NCBI GenBank assembly: GCA_964611355.1
Contig: CAZSYD010000003.1
Coordinates: 16,872 to 80,871, forward strand
Origin: an uncultured Ignavibacteriales bacterium
GTDB taxonomy: Bacteria; Zixibacteria; MSB-5A5; GN15; JAAZOE01
DNA length: 64,000 nt
Reading direction: 5' to 3'
Shown: positions 1 to 10,449 of the stretch, in pieces
How positions within the stretch are numbered: the stretch's first letter is position 1
Layout of the letters: each line of letters starts with the position of its first letter
The notes under the pieces: model-generated
Databases searched by the model: none
What the model saw: the letters and a program-made list of their open reading frames with translations, nothing else
Told to the model about the DNA's origin: nothing
Made by a program: the position numbers and the translations under genes

Positions 1-416
1 TCGCCGATCGTTACCGTCGCCTTATTGCTGAAGTTATTCCCGGCGGCAAAGTTCGACCACTTGAGGTAAGACCGGGCGTTAAACATGCCTATCACCTTTT
101 TGTCGTTCGTATTGATTTTGACCATTTCGGGGTTTCCCGGGCGGTCGCCATGAACCGCATGCGAGTTAACGGAATCGGCGCCCAGGTTCATTACGTTCCC
201 CTGCATCTCCAGCCATATTATCGCAACCAGCCACTTTTCGCGCCGGCTGATCTGCCGGGTGCGGAAAAATATTATGCCGGGGCGCTGAGTTTGCCCATGT
301 ACCCCGATCTGACAGACGAAGATATTCAACGAGTGGTGGAACAGTTGACCTGCGCCTTAACCGGTCGGGAACAGCATCTGTTCTCGCCGGATCAGACGAC
401 CAGACAACCTTACTGA
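1..416 (+). CDS. DegT/DnrJ/EryC1-family sugar aminotransferase, C-terminal part (5' end lies outside the window)
   Basis: Frame 3 is open from the window edge. My translation reads ...GVKHAYHLFVVRIDF...GIGAQVHYVPLHLQPYY...LSLPMYPDLTDEDIQRVV, the usual C-terminal domain pattern of this PLP family. The listed ORF 150..416 is only its Met-initiated tail. Confidence 0.8.
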   Translation, partial: ADRYRRLIAEVIPGGKVRPLEVRPGVKHAYHLFVVRIDFDHFGVSRAVAMNRMRVNGIGAQVHYVPLHLQPYYRNQPLFAPADLPGAEKYYAGALSLPMYPDLTDEDIQRVVEQLTCALTGREQHLFSPDQTTRQPY

Positions 417-707
417 GTCAAAGCCCGCCTGATCGTCGGGTTTAAGTACACAATCAGGCGATTCTTATCTTCCAGTCACGCATACCGGCTTAAACGCAAT
501 AGATTCTATCAAAATATTTGTTGCCATTTAGCAATCGAGATCATTCCTTAGCGAAAAATAAGCCCGCGGGGCGAGTATTTTGATGAAACAACAAACGATC
601 TGCTTGGTGGTGGACGCTGTTCAATTGTTCGGCGTCGGGAAAAATTGTCGGATAGGCATACATGACTATATACCCGCCGCGGAAAATTATCTTCGGAGAG
701 GAAACTA

Positions 708-1268
708 ATGAATATAACCAAAACCAGGCTTAACGGCCCCGTCATTATTGAACCGAAGGTGTTTCGGGATGAGCGCGGCTTTTTTACCGAGAGCTATTCG
801 AAACGCACCTTCGAAGAAAACGGTCTTTATTATAATATCGTGCAGGATAATCACTCATTGAGCATCCTGGAAGGAACCATTCGGGGGCTTCATTATCAGA
901 TAAACCCAAAGGCTCAAACCAAGATCGTCAGGGCCCTTCGAGGAGCGGTGATGGACATCGCAGTTGATATCCGCAAGGGAAGCCCCACCTTCGGCCAGTG
1001 GATAAGCGTCATCCTCACCGCCGAAAACATGCGGCAGTTTATCGTACCGAGAGGATTTGCGCACGGCATCTGTACCCTAACCGCCGACACCGAGATATAT
1101 TATAAAGTTGACGAGTCTTATGCGCCTGAATGCGACCGGGCTATCAGGTGGGACGACCCCGAACTGGCGATTGACTGGCCGTACAGCAACCCCGTTTTAT
1201 CTGAGAAAGACGGTAACGCCCCGTTCTTTAAGGAAGCGGAAATAAATTTCACCTATGAGGAAGCTTAG
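708..1268 (+). CDS. rfbC: dTDP-4-dehydrorhamnose 3,5-epimerase
   Basis: 186 aa. GPVIIEPKVFRDERGFFTESY, GLHYQ and RALRGAVMDIAVDIRKGSPTFGQW...VPRGFAHG are RmlC cupin hallmarks. GGAGAGG lies just upstream of the ATG. Confidence 0.9.
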   Translation: MNITKTRLNGPVIIEPKVFRDERGFFTESYSKRTFEENGLYYNIVQDNHSLSILEGTIRGLHYQINPKAQTKIVRALRGAVMDIAVDIRKGSPTFGQWISVILTAENMRQFIVPRGFAHGICTLTADTEIYYKVDESYAPECDRAIRWDDPELAIDWPYSNPVLSEKDGNAPFFKEAEINFTYEEA

Positions 1269-2303
1269 ATGAAGACCATCCTGGTTACCGGCGCCGGCGG
1301 ATACATAGGCAGTGTTTTAGTGCCGAAACTCTTGCGTCACGGCTATCGCGTGAAGGCTGTTGACCGGTTCTTCTTCGGCCACGACAAGCTCGCCCAGGCC
1401 GATAATCTGGAAATCATCCAGGACGATTCGCGCCGGTTGACTGACGGACTTTTCAGGGACGTTTATGCCGTTATTGACCTGGTCGCCATTTCCAACGACC
1501 CGGCCGGCGAAACCTTCAGTAAGTCAACCTGGGAAATCAATCACGAGAGCCGGGTAGCCACGGCCGGGCGATCCAAAAAAATGGGTGTCGGGCGATATAT
1601 TCTTCCTTCCAGTTGCAGCATTTACGGTTTTACCGAGGAGATCGTCGATGAAACCTCCAAAACGAATCCGTTGACCGTCTATGCCAAGGCCAACGAAAAA
1701 GCCGAACAGGGCGTCCTTGCCCTGGCTGATGATGATTTTGTCGTAACGGTCATGCGGCAGGCGACGGTGTTCGGGTACAGTCCCCGGATACGTTTCGATC
1801 TGGCCATCAACGGCATGACTTACGGCGCCTGGAAGACCAAACGGCTGCCGCTTATGCGCGACGGCACGCAATACCGGCCAATGGTCCACGTACAGGACAC
1901 GACCGACGTTATGCTGCTTCTGCTTGAGTTTGATCCGGGGCCGATCAACGGGCAGATATTCAACGTCGGCAGCGACAGGTGCAACTTCCGGATCGGCGAG
2001 CTTGGCCGGACGGTCGCTCGCGTGGTTTCGGAAAAGATCGACGAGAAAGTGGAGATCGAATGGTATGGCGACCCGGATCACCGCAGCTACCGGGTTGGTT
2101 TTGATAAAATCGAAAAGACGCTTAACTGGAAAGCCGTGCGAAGCGGAGAAGACGGGGTGCTGGAACTGGTCGAAGCCCTCAACGCCGGTAAGCTGGACAG
2201 GACGCCGCAAACCATCACGCTGGAATGGTACCGCAATTTGGTCGAATGGCACCGGATAATTAAAGGCGTCGAAAAATACGGCGGTATTCTCGAAATCTAT
2301 TAA
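1269..2303 (+). CDS. NAD-dependent sugar epimerase/dehydratase (extended SDR family)
   Basis: 344 aa. It has the VTGAGGYIGS Rossmann motif and SSCSIYG. The expected YxxxK reads YAKANEK, so the Lys is displaced and the motif is non-canonical. The ATG abuts the rfbC stop. Confidence 0.75.
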   Translation: MKTILVTGAGGYIGSVLVPKLLRHGYRVKAVDRFFFGHDKLAQADNLEIIQDDSRRLTDGLFRDVYAVIDLVAISNDPAGETFSKSTWEINHESRVATAGRSKKMGVGRYILPSSCSIYGFTEEIVDETSKTNPLTVYAKANEKAEQGVLALADDDFVVTVMRQATVFGYSPRIRFDLAINGMTYGAWKTKRLPLMRDGTQYRPMVHVQDTTDVMLLLLEFDPGPINGQIFNVGSDRCNFRIGELGRTVARVVSEKIDEKVEIEWYGDPDHRSYRVGFDKIEKTLNWKAVRSGEDGVLELVEALNAGKLDRTPQTITLEWYRNLVEWHRIIKGVEKYGGILEIY

Positions 2304-2315
2304 GAAAGCGAACGG

Positions 2316-3203
2316 ATGAAAAAGGTTTTACTGCTGGGTTCCAACGGCCAGTTGGGCAGCGATATCGTCAAGGTTTCAAAAGGCATTGAAGATATCAATC
2401 TGCACCCTCTTACCCGGGCCGACATTGACGCCGAAAAGGACGACGTGGCCGACAAACTGGCGATATATCAGGACTGCGACGCGGTTATAAATTGCATCTC
2501 GTATCACAAGACCGATGAATGCGAAGATTACCCTGAAAAAACTTTTCAGGTCAACAGCCTGTTTGTCCTGTATCTGGCCCGCTTTTGCGCGGAAAACAAC
2601 ATTACCCTATTCCAGATAAGCACTGACTATGTTTTCGACGGCGAAAAAAATGAACCGTACGCGGAAAATGACCCGGTTAACCCTCTTAACGTTTACGGAG
2701 CCGCCAAGGCGGTCGGCGAGTTTATGGTTCGCAACTACCTTCACCGGCACTTCATTTTCCGCGTTTCCTCGCTTTTCGGGGTGGCCGGCGCCAGCGGCAA
2801 GGGCGGCAATTTTATCGAGACGATGCTGCGCCTGGGCAAAGAGAAAAAACCGCTGAAAGTAATCAGCGACCAGTATATGTCGCCGACACACACGCTGGAC
2901 GTGGCCCGGTTGATTATGGAGTTTATCAGGTCCGACGTCAATGCTTACGGTACTTACCACTGCTGCAACAGCGGCAGTTGCAGTTGGTACGAGTTCGCCG
3001 CCGAAATATTCGACCTGTGCGGCATCGACGCCGACCTTTCCAAGACCACCTACGCCGAATACAAAACCAGGGCGACTCGTCCCCGGTACAGCGTAATGAA
3101 TAATGGTAAAGTCGGGGAAATATATAAAATGCCTCATTGGCGAAAGGCCTTGAAAGAGTATTTGAAAGTCAAAGGTTATCCGGTCATGGCGGTGAAATCA
3201 TGA
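2316..3203 (+). CDS. rfbD: dTDP-4-dehydrorhamnose reductase
   Basis: 295 aa. [32 protein letters not shown] and RPRYSVM match the RmlD pattern. Confidence 0.85.
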   Translation: MKKVLLLGSNGQLGSDIVKVSKGIEDINLHPLTRADIDAEKDDVADKLAIYQDCDAVINCISYHKTDECEDYPEKTFQVNSLFVLYLARFCAENNITLFQISTDYVFDGEKNEPYAENDPVNPLNVYGAAKAVGEFMVRNYLHRHFIFRVSSLFGVAGASGKGGNFIETMLRLGKEKKPLKVISDQYMSPTHTLDVARLIMEFIRSDVNAYGTYHCCNSGSCSWYEFAAEIFDLCGIDADLSKTTYAEYKTRATRPRYSVMNNGKVGEIYKMPHWRKALKEYLKVKGYPVMAVKS

Positions 3204-4096
3204 CCACCGGGCAACTCAGCAAAGGGATAATTCTGGCCGGCGGAAGCGGCACGCGTTTATACCCGGTTACGGAAGTAGCCTGCAAACAGCTTCTGCCGAT
3301 CTATGACAAACCGATGATCTATTATCCCCTGTCGACGCTGATGCTTTTCGGCGTCACCGAGATACTGCTGATCTCGACGCCGTCTGACACGCCGCGATTC
3401 CAGACGCTGCTGGGTAACGGCAGTTCGCTTGGTTTGAATATCTCCTATTCTGTTCAGGACAGGCCGAGAGGTATTGCTCATGCTTTTATCGTCGCAGAAA
3501 AGTTTGTAGGAAACGACCCTGTGGTTTTGATTCTCGGCGATAATATTTTTTACGGCGTCTACGATTTTTTGCGCGCGGCTCGCTCGTTTCGCGAAGGAGC
3601 GATGGTTTTCGGTTATTCCGTGAAAGACCCGCAACGGTACGGCGTGGTCGAGTTTGACGCCGAAGGCAAAGCGATCTCGATTGAAGAAAAACCGACCCGC
3701 CCCAGGTCGAACCATGCCGTGACCGGCTTGTACCTTTACGATTCCGAAGTGGTCGCCATTGCCAAATCTCTCAAACCGTCCGCACGCGGCGAGTTGGAAA
3801 TCACCGATGTAAATCGGGCTTATCTCGAAAAAGGGCGATTGCGGGTTGTGCGACTGGGACGCGGTATCGCCTGGCTTGACACCGGCACGAACGAAAGTAT
3901 GCTCGACGCCAGCAATTTTATCGCCACCATCGAAAAACGGCAGGGACAGAAAATCGCCTGCGTCGAAGAGATCGCCTACCGTATGCGCTTTATCGACCGG
4001 CAGAAGATGAATACTTTAATCGAATCGATGGCCGACAACACCTACCGGCAATACCTGATCGAGGTGAAGAAAGAAGTCGACAGCCGGCCGGTCTGA
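3200..4096 (+). CDS. rfbA: glucose-1-phosphate thymidylyltransferase
   Basis: The ATG at 3200 overlaps the rfbD stop (ATGA). [16 protein letters not shown]...[17 protein letters not shown] is the RmlA signature. The longer listed ORF starting at 3137 would overlap rfbD by 67 nt. Confidence 0.9.
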   Translation: MTTGQLSKGIILAGGSGTRLYPVTEVACKQLLPIYDKPMIYYPLSTLMLFGVTEILLISTPSDTPRFQTLLGNGSSLGLNISYSVQDRPRGIAHAFIVAEKFVGNDPVVLILGDNIFYGVYDFLRAARSFREGAMVFGYSVKDPQRYGVVEFDAEGKAISIEEKPTRPRSNHAVTGLYLYDSEVVAIAKSLKPSARGELEITDVNRAYLEKGRLRVVRLGRGIAWLDTGTNESMLDASNFIATIEKRQGQKIACVEEIAYRMRFIDRQKMNTLIESMADNTYRQYLIEVKKEVDSRPV

Positions 4097-4273
4097 TACG
4101 GGCGCCGCAGAAAGATATATCGAACCGCAACACTGCGTACCGGGGAAATTGCCCGGTTTTTATATTGCCAATACCGGGACAAAGGATTAGAGTGACGATG
4201 AAATTGGCCTGTGTCATCGACAACGGCCGAAGCATAAAGGATTGCGGGAAACGAACATCTTTGGGGTAACAAT

Positions 4274-5338
4274 ATGCAGCAACCTGAAGTAAAAGGCAAA
4301 AAAATATTTATTACCGGCGGGGCGGGGTTTATCGGTTCCACTCTCGTCGAGCGTTTGATTAACGATAATCAGATAACCGTATACGATGATTTCCGACGCG
4401 ACGCCTTGAGCAGCAAACCGATCGGTTCTCACCCGAACCTGAGAATTATCAAGGGGGACGTTCTCGACTATCCGGTTCTCAAGGTCGCTATGGCCGATTC
4501 GCATATCGTCATTCATTGCGCCGCCATCGCCGGCATCGATACGGTCATAAAAAAGCCCACCGAAACGATGCGCGTTAATCTGATCGGTACGGCTCACGTT
4601 CTGGAGGCCGCGCGCTATCTAAACGGACTCGAACGGCTGGTTGATTTTTCAACCAGCGAAGTTTTCGGGCAGTCAGCCTTTCGCGCCGACGAAAACCAGA
4701 CGACGCATATTGGCGCCGTCGGCGAAGCACGCTGGACTTACGCCGTCAGCAAGCTGGCCGGTGAGCACCTGACCAGAGCGTATCACCATGAGTTCGGCCT
4801 GCCGACGGTAACGGTCAGGCCGTTCAATATTTACGGACCGGGACAGATAGGCGAAGGAGCCTTAAAAATCTTTATTGAACGCGCTATGCGGGACGAAGAG
4901 ATACTCATTTACGGCGACGGCAACCAGATTCGCGCCTGGTGTTACGTGGACGATTTCGTAAACGGCCTGCTTCTGGCCATGACTAACCCCAACGCCATTG
5001 GAGAATCCTTTAATATCGGTAATGCCCGGGCCGTGGTTACGATCTACGGGCTTGCCCAGACGGTAGTACGGGTGCTTAACTCCAATTCTCCGATTCGATT
5101 TATGGATAAGAACCACGCCGACGTGGAATTGCGGGTTCCTAACGTGAACAAGGCCAAAGAACTGATTGGATTTGAATCAAAGGTCGATCTCGAAGAAGGC
5201 ATCCGTCTGGCGGCGCAGTCTTACGTTATGGAACCGTCGCCGGAGAATACCTCGGTCTTAAGACGCCGGTGGGTATCAAAAAGAGTTATTCCGGAAACGC
5301 AAGAAGATTTGGTGAAACAGCAAGATGAGACCACATAA
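4274..5338 (+). CDS. NAD-dependent sugar epimerase/dehydratase (extended SDR family)
   Basis: 354 aa with [17 protein letters not shown] and YAVSKLAGE (YxxxK). It lacks the DKLTYAGN-type motif I associate with RmlB. Confidence 0.8.
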   Translation: MQQPEVKGKKIFITGGAGFIGSTLVERLINDNQITVYDDFRRDALSSKPIGSHPNLRIIKGDVLDYPVLKVAMADSHIVIHCAAIAGIDTVIKKPTETMRVNLIGTAHVLEAARYLNGLERLVDFSTSEVFGQSAFRADENQTTHIGAVGEARWTYAVSKLAGEHLTRAYHHEFGLPTVTVRPFNIYGPGQIGEGALKIFIERAMRDEEILIYGDGNQIRAWCYVDDFVNGLLLAMTNPNAIGESFNIGNARAVVTIYGLAQTVVRVLNSNSPIRFMDKNHADVELRVPNVNKAKELIGFESKVDLEEGIRLAAQSYVMEPSPENTSVLRRRWVSKRVIPETQEDLVKQQDETT

Positions 5339-6473
5339 GATTCAACTTGCCAAACCATCCTTCGATGAGCGCGAAATCGACGCGGTTCGACGCGTGCTCG
5401 CGAGCGGCCGGGTTGTCCAGGGCCCGGAGGTAAAGGCGTTCGAAGACACCCTGGCCGCAATGCTTCAGGTACGGCGCTGTATCGCCGTCTCTTCCGGGAC
5501 GGCTGCTTTGCATACATGTTATCTCGCCCTCGGAATCGGTCCCGGCGATGCGGTCTTTATCCCAAGCTTTGCCTGGCCTTCAGCGGCCAATACGGCCATG
5601 CAGGTCGGTGCCCGGCCGGTGTTTGTCGATGTGCTCCCCGGAACTTACAACATGGATCCGGCCGACCTGAAGATGCGCGTCCGTGAATGTTTGAAGCGCA
5701 ATTGGGGAACTCCTCGCGCCGTGGTTCCCGTACATGAATTCGGACTGGCCGCCGAAATGAAATCAGCACTCGCCGTCGCACGGGAATATGACCTGATTGT
5801 CATCGAGGACGCCGCTTGCGCTCTCGGCGCAACTCTTCACGATACGCCTGTGGGAACCTTTGGGAAAATCGGCATTTTCAGTTTTCACCCCCGTAAAGCG
5901 ATAACCGTCGGCGAAGGCGGCGCCATCGTGACCAATGACGATAACCTGGCCGAAAAATGCCGCCTGTGGCGAAATCATGGGCAGGCCGTGATCGACGGTA
6001 AACGGGATTTTGAGGTCGCCGGCCTTAACTATCGGCTGACCGAAATCCAGGCCGCCATCGGAAAGGTGCAGTTGGAAAAATTCCCGGAGATTCTGGCTAA
6101 GCGAAAAAAGATCGCCGGCTGGTATTTCGAACATCTTTCGCCTGCCACGGAATATGATTTACCGGAAAACATTCCGGAGCATACCTGGCAGACTTTCATG
6201 GTGGTTCTGGGCGATCATTTCGACCGCGCCGAGGTTATTGAAAGAATGGCTGCCGAAGATATCGAAACCGGCCCCGGCACAATGTCGGGGCACTGTCTCA
6301 AGGTATATCAGGAAAAGTTTCATTATTCCGATTCCGATCTTCCAGTATCGCATCGACTGCATGATAAAGGCCTGGCTCTGCCGCTTCATTCCTTCATGAC
6401 GGAAGATGACGTAATCCGCGTCAGCCGGGCGCTTGCCGAAGCAACCAAAGGAGCAAATGTCGTCGCCGGTTAG
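5325..6473 (+). CDS. DegT/DnrJ/EryC1-family sugar aminotransferase
   Basis: 382 aa with [44 protein letters not shown] (PLP-lysine context) and [12 protein letters not shown]. Confidence 0.85.
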   Translation: MRPHKIQLAKPSFDEREIDAVRRVLASGRVVQGPEVKAFEDTLAAMLQVRRCIAVSSGTAALHTCYLALGIGPGDAVFIPSFAWPSAANTAMQVGARPVFVDVLPGTYNMDPADLKMRVRECLKRNWGTPRAVVPVHEFGLAAEMKSALAVAREYDLIVIEDAACALGATLHDTPVGTFGKIGIFSFHPRKAITVGEGGAIVTNDDNLAEKCRLWRNHGQAVIDGKRDFEVAGLNYRLTEIQAAIGKVQLEKFPEILAKRKKIAGWYFEHLSPATEYDLPENIPEHTWQTFMVVLGDHFDRAEVIERMAAEDIETGPGTMSGHCLKVYQEKFHYSDSDLPVSHRLHDKGLALPLHSFMTEDDVIRVSRALAEATKGANVVAG

Positions 6474-6520
6474 GCGGGTATATAGATCGCTGCCAAAACC
6501 GTGTCGGCAAAAGAGGAAAA

Positions 6521-7594
6521 ATGTCAGTCCGGGTTGAGCGAATCAGAGAAGAAAACGCAGACGAGTACCGGCATTTCATAAAAAGCTGCCCGCAGGCGCT
6601 GGTTCAACAAACCTGGGAATGGGGACAGGTCATCTGCGGCGTGGGTCAGGATCGACCATTCTTTTTTCTGGTCCGGGACGAAAACGACCGACCGATCGGG
6701 GCCCTGCCCGCGTATATGTTCGAGTGCGAGCAGGGTTCCTTGATGATATCAGTTCCGCAGGCAGGCGGATATGGAGGGGTCGTTGTCGGGAATTTATCCC
6801 GCAAAGAAGAAATATATGCGGCTTTGCTTGATGCGTTTATCACCGAAGCCAAAGGGCAGAACTGCGCGCTGGCCACAATCTCGACTCAGCCGTTTTTTGG
6901 CGATTATGAGCTTTATCGCCGCTATTTCGCGCCGGATTTCGAACGCGAAAATTTCTACCAATTCCTGAATCTAAAGACAGATACCCTGACCGACGCATCA
7001 TCCAGGCAAAGAGGAAATATCAGAAGAAGCATCCAAAAAGCGCAAAATTATGGACTGCGGGTTACTTTCGAGGACACCGACGACCGGTTCGAAAAGTGGT
7101 ACTCTATCCAGTGCAGCCGAATGACGGAACTGGGCGCGGAGCCCCTCCCGAAAAAGCTGTTCGAGGGCGCGCGACAGTGGTTGTTTCCCCAAGATATGGG
7201 TTTTTTCGCTTATGTACTCGACGGCTCGGAGGTAATCGGAGGGGCGCTGTTTGTCGGACTGAATGAAGTCCTCGATGTTTTCCTGATGAGTTCCGACTCG
7301 GATTATATGAAAAAACAACCCAACAACATCATGGTATTGAAAGTCATTGAATACGCCAGAGACAAAGGTTTCAAATATCTCAACTGGCAATCGTGCAGTT
7401 CCCGAGAGTCAGGCGTCTACAAATTCAAACAGAGCTGGGGTTCGCACGAGGGGCAACATTGTTATATAACCAAAATCACAGGAGATATTTCCCGGATCGA
7501 GAGTATGCCACTGGAAGAGATTAAAGAGCGTTACCGGTGGCATTATGTTATGCCATACGAGAAGCTGCAGGCTTGTGAACTCGGAGAGGTTTGA
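6521..7594 (+). CDS. FemAB-like / BioF2-like acyltransferase (GNAT-related)
   Basis: 357 aa. RGNIRRSIQKAQNYGLRV, then ...VIGGALFVGLNEVLDVFLMSSD...NNIMVLKVIEYARDKGFKYLNW...GVYKFKQSWGS matches my recollection of the FemAB/Acetyltransf_6 layout. Confidence 0.65.
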   Translation: MSVRVERIREENADEYRHFIKSCPQALVQQTWEWGQVICGVGQDRPFFFLVRDENDRPIGALPAYMFECEQGSLMISVPQAGGYGGVVVGNLSRKEEIYAALLDAFITEAKGQNCALATISTQPFFGDYELYRRYFAPDFERENFYQFLNLKTDTLTDASSRQRGNIRRSIQKAQNYGLRVTFEDTDDRFEKWYSIQCSRMTELGAEPLPKKLFEGARQWLFPQDMGFFAYVLDGSEVIGGALFVGLNEVLDVFLMSSDSDYMKKQPNNIMVLKVIEYARDKGFKYLNWQSCSSRESGVYKFKQSWGSHEGQHCYITKITGDISRIESMPLEEIKERYRWHYVMPYEKLQACELGEV

Positions 7595-7596
7595 GT

Positions 7597-8640
7597 ATGG
7601 AATATGGATTTTTGAGACCGGAAGATGAAATCTTTCCGCCTATCGTCCACGTTGAAAACACCAACGTCTGTAATCTTCGCTGCATCCACTGCCCGCATCA
7701 CGATATTTTGAAAATCATCCCCAATTACAAGCCGCAGTCGATCAGCATGGACCTCTGGCGTAAAATCGTGGACGAGGTTTCGCAGTATCCCGCCGCTCTG
7801 CGGCTGACGCCGGACGGCGAACCGATGCTTCCCGGGGAATTCGCGGAGCAGGTCAGGTATGCGCAGGATAAGGGAGTACACATATTCACGTTAAACGCCA
7901 ACGGCATGTTTCTGGAAGGCGAAAAGGCCGAAGTCCTGCTCCGGCCAACAAGCACCCGCATCGCTCTTGAAGTCAGCCTCGACGGTTTTTTCCGCGACAC
8001 TTACGAAAGAATCCGGGTTAAGGCAAACTATATGAAAGTCACGCGCAACATTATGAATTTCATTCTGGAGCGCAACCGGCGCAAGCTGGATAATGTCAAG
8101 GTTATGGTCAGTATTGTCCAGCAGCCGGAACTGCCCGATGGTGAGCTGGAGTTGTTTGATCGTTTCTGGTCGCAGATTGTCGATAAAGTAATTGTCCGCA
8201 ATTATGTCGATACCAAGGGATTGACGCCAAAGAAAATGGTTAATGCGCGAGTGGTCGAAAAGCGTTGGCCCTGCCCGGTGGTTTTTACCCGGCTGGTGGT
8301 GACCTACGACGGCACCGTTCGTTTCTGCCCGGACGACTGGCAAAAAACCACCCGCCTACCCTCACTGAATGAAGCCGGCTCGCTCCGGGCTGTCTGGCAG
8401 TCAAAGGAATATCAACAACTGCGTAGCAGCCACCTCGAAGGGACTTTCACTCATCCCACCTGCGCCGCTTGCACAGACTGGAAAGTGATTCGCTGGGGTT
8501 ACGATTACATCTCGGTTCTTAATCAGCTTTTTTCCGGCGGGGATAAAAAACAGGCCGAAGACGATAACCTGAAATACCTATGGGACGACGAACGCGACGG
8601 CAAAGTAACTCAGGAGACTATTTCCGGAGGTGATAAATGA
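7597..8640 (+). CDS. radical SAM enzyme with C-terminal twitch/partial-SPASM-like cysteine pattern
   Basis: The CX3CX2C motif CNLRCIHC is encoded at 7669-7692. The C-terminal part has C-x12-G-x4-C (CPVVFTRLVVTYDGTVRFC) followed by CAAC. The ATG at 7597 lies 7 nt after GGAGAGG. The listed start at 7591 is TTG. Confidence 0.8.
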   Translation: MEYGFLRPEDEIFPPIVHVENTNVCNLRCIHCPHHDILKIIPNYKPQSISMDLWRKIVDEVSQYPAALRLTPDGEPMLPGEFAEQVRYAQDKGVHIFTLNANGMFLEGEKAEVLLRPTSTRIALEVSLDGFFRDTYERIRVKANYMKVTRNIMNFILERNRRKLDNVKVMVSIVQQPELPDGELELFDRFWSQIVDKVIVRNYVDTKGLTPKKMVNARVVEKRWPCPVVFTRLVVTYDGTVRFCPDDWQKTTRLPSLNEAGSLRAVWQSKEYQQLRSSHLEGTFTHPTCAACTDWKVIRWGYDYISVLNQLFSGGDKKQAEDDNLKYLWDDERDGKVTQETISGGDK

Positions 8641-9382
8641 TCGGGCTTATCATAAAACAGATATATGGGAAACTATCGATGGTCTAAATACGCGATTATC
8701 GGAGTATTCGGCAATGGAATGCGATACGTCATACGGACATTACAGGGAAACTCTAAATAAATATCTCGCCGACGGGTATTCATTCATCCGGCTTGACGAT
8801 TACTTTGAGAAGAACTTCGACGGCAAGTCTGTCCTTATGCGGCACGACATCGACAAATGCCCCAACAAAGCGCTTGATCTGGCCCGGATAGAAAACGAAC
8901 TTGGCATCAGGTCAACATATTTTGTCAGAGTACATTCCAATTACTATAATCCATTTGGTTATGAAGGTTACAATTTCATAAGGCAGATCAGAGATCTGGG
9001 ACACGACCTGTCGCTTCACTCCGAGGCGTTTGATTTTAGCAGGATATTCAAACTTGACCCTATGGAGCTGTTTAGAAAAGAAATCGAAATCTTCACAACC
9101 ATCTTTGATGTTGAAGTAAAATACTACGCGCCGCATCGCACGCACAACTCGAGCACCTTTGAGGACCGCGTCGGATTTTATGATCAGATCGAGAGGCTCG
9201 GATATAAAAACGTCTATGAAATCCTGAATGATAAAGATTGGAAATACCTGTCAGATAGTTCCGGCATCTGGGTGGAGGGATGTTTCTGTCAACACATAAA
9301 TAAATGGCAAAGACTTTTCCTGCTGGTGCATCCGGTGTGGTGGTTCGACAAACATATAGAACTGGAAGGATCGGTTGTTTAG
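8630..9382 (+). CDS. polysaccharide-deacetylase-like (CE4-like) protein, divergent
   Basis: 250 aa. LMRHDIDK, RSTYFVRVHS and GHDLSLHSE recur in ORF 16124..17398. The start is uncertain: GTG at 8630 overlaps the upstream gene by 11 nt, and the next ATG is at 8714. GC content is visibly lower than in the flanks. Confidence 0.5.
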   Translation: MINDRAYHKTDIWETIDGLNTRLSEYSAMECDTSYGHYRETLNKYLADGYSFIRLDDYFEKNFDGKSVLMRHDIDKCPNKALDLARIENELGIRSTYFVRVHSNYYNPFGYEGYNFIRQIRDLGHDLSLHSEAFDFSRIFKLDPMELFRKEIEIFTTIFDVEVKYYAPHRTHNSSTFEDRVGFYDQIERLGYKNVYEILNDKDWKYLSDSSGIWVEGCFCQHINKWQRLFLLVHPVWWFDKHIELEGSVV

Positions 9383-9418
9383 GCCGGAGACCGGCATTCT
9401 ATCAGGGAGTTATCTGTC

Positions 9419-10330
9419 ATGCGACAATATACCGTTGAAGATATCAAAAGGTTAACCAGCGACGGGATTTCGGTCGTCGGCAACCCGGGAGGGCGGTTTT
9501 TTACGCACGCCCGGCCGGTTCTTGAAGCGGAGCCGGATACGCTGGTCTGGATCAGCCCCGCGCGCGAGGATAAGAGAGAACTTGCTCAACAGACCAGGGC
9601 CGGGATCGTAATATGTGATCCCACGTTGCCGATAAGCGATGATATAGCCAAGAAAAAATGTTTCGTGGTAGTTGACAAGCCGAAGCTTGTTTTTCTGCGC
9701 GTGGTACAGGCCTGTTTTACAGAGCAGATCGAATACGGAATTCACGATACGGCATGGGTTCACCCGGAAGCAGAAATTCATCCCAGATCATATATCGGAC
9801 CGTTCACGTATGTCGGCATATCTATAATAGAAGAGGGAACCGTTATTTACGGACATTGCCATATTTACGACAAGGTGCATATCGGCAAAAACGTTATAGT
9901 ACACGCCGGGACAGTAATCGGGTCCGAGGGGTTTGGCTACGAAAGAAATGACGAAGGAAAACTGGAAAGATTTCCGCATATCGGCGGCGTTGTAATTGAA
10001 GATAATGTTGACATTGGAGCTAACACCTGTATTGATCGGGGTACGCTGGGGGACACCATCATCAGGGAAGGCGCCAAGATTGATAATCTCGTTCATATCG
10101 CGCATAACATAATCGTAGGCAGGGATGCCGCAGTTATCGCCAATGCCATGGTCGGCGGCAGCGTCAATATCGGCGACAAAGCCTGGCTTGCGCCGTCGGC
10201 AACCATCATGGACAGGATATCGATCGGCGAGAAAGCCCTTATCGGACTTGGCGCAGTAGTCCTTCATGATGTGCCGGACAATGCAATTGTAGTCGGCAAT
10301 CCCGCCAAAGAGCTCAAAAAGAAGACCTGA
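9419..10330 (+). CDS. LpxD-like hexapeptide-repeat N-acyltransferase (short form)
   Basis: 303 aa. An N-terminal LpxD-type domain is followed by left-handed beta-helix repeats (IGKNVIVHAGTVIGSEGFGY...IGGVVIEDNVDIGANTCIDRG...IVGRDAAVIANAMVGGSVNIGD). It ends directly after the helix, with no long C-terminal helical tail. Confidence 0.75.
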   Translation: MRQYTVEDIKRLTSDGISVVGNPGGRFFTHARPVLEAEPDTLVWISPAREDKRELAQQTRAGIVICDPTLPISDDIAKKKCFVVVDKPKLVFLRVVQACFTEQIEYGIHDTAWVHPEAEIHPRSYIGPFTYVGISIIEEGTVIYGHCHIYDKVHIGKNVIVHAGTVIGSEGFGYERNDEGKLERFPHIGGVVIEDNVDIGANTCIDRGTLGDTIIREGAKIDNLVHIAHNIIVGRDAAVIANAMVGGSVNIGDKAWLAPSATIMDRISIGEKALIGLGAVVLHDVPDNAIVVGNPAKELKKKT

Positions 10331-10449
10331 TTACCAGGAGGAGACGGGATTTGTCCAGGCATAAGCGCTTTGATGCTAATCATAAACGAACGACGTCCTC
10401 AAGGCAAACACCAGAAGAGCGGCAATAAGGAATAGAAACCGAGTGACTT

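Noticed and set aside
1524-2252. A 242-aa minus-strand ORF, plus a 111-aa + strand alternate-frame ORF at 1924-2259, inside the SDR gene.
   Set aside because: It lies entirely antisense or out of frame within a gene that has clear Rossmann/SDR motifs. Its translation is Arg/Pro/Gly-rich with no motif. This is typical of shadow ORFs in GC-rich coding sequence.
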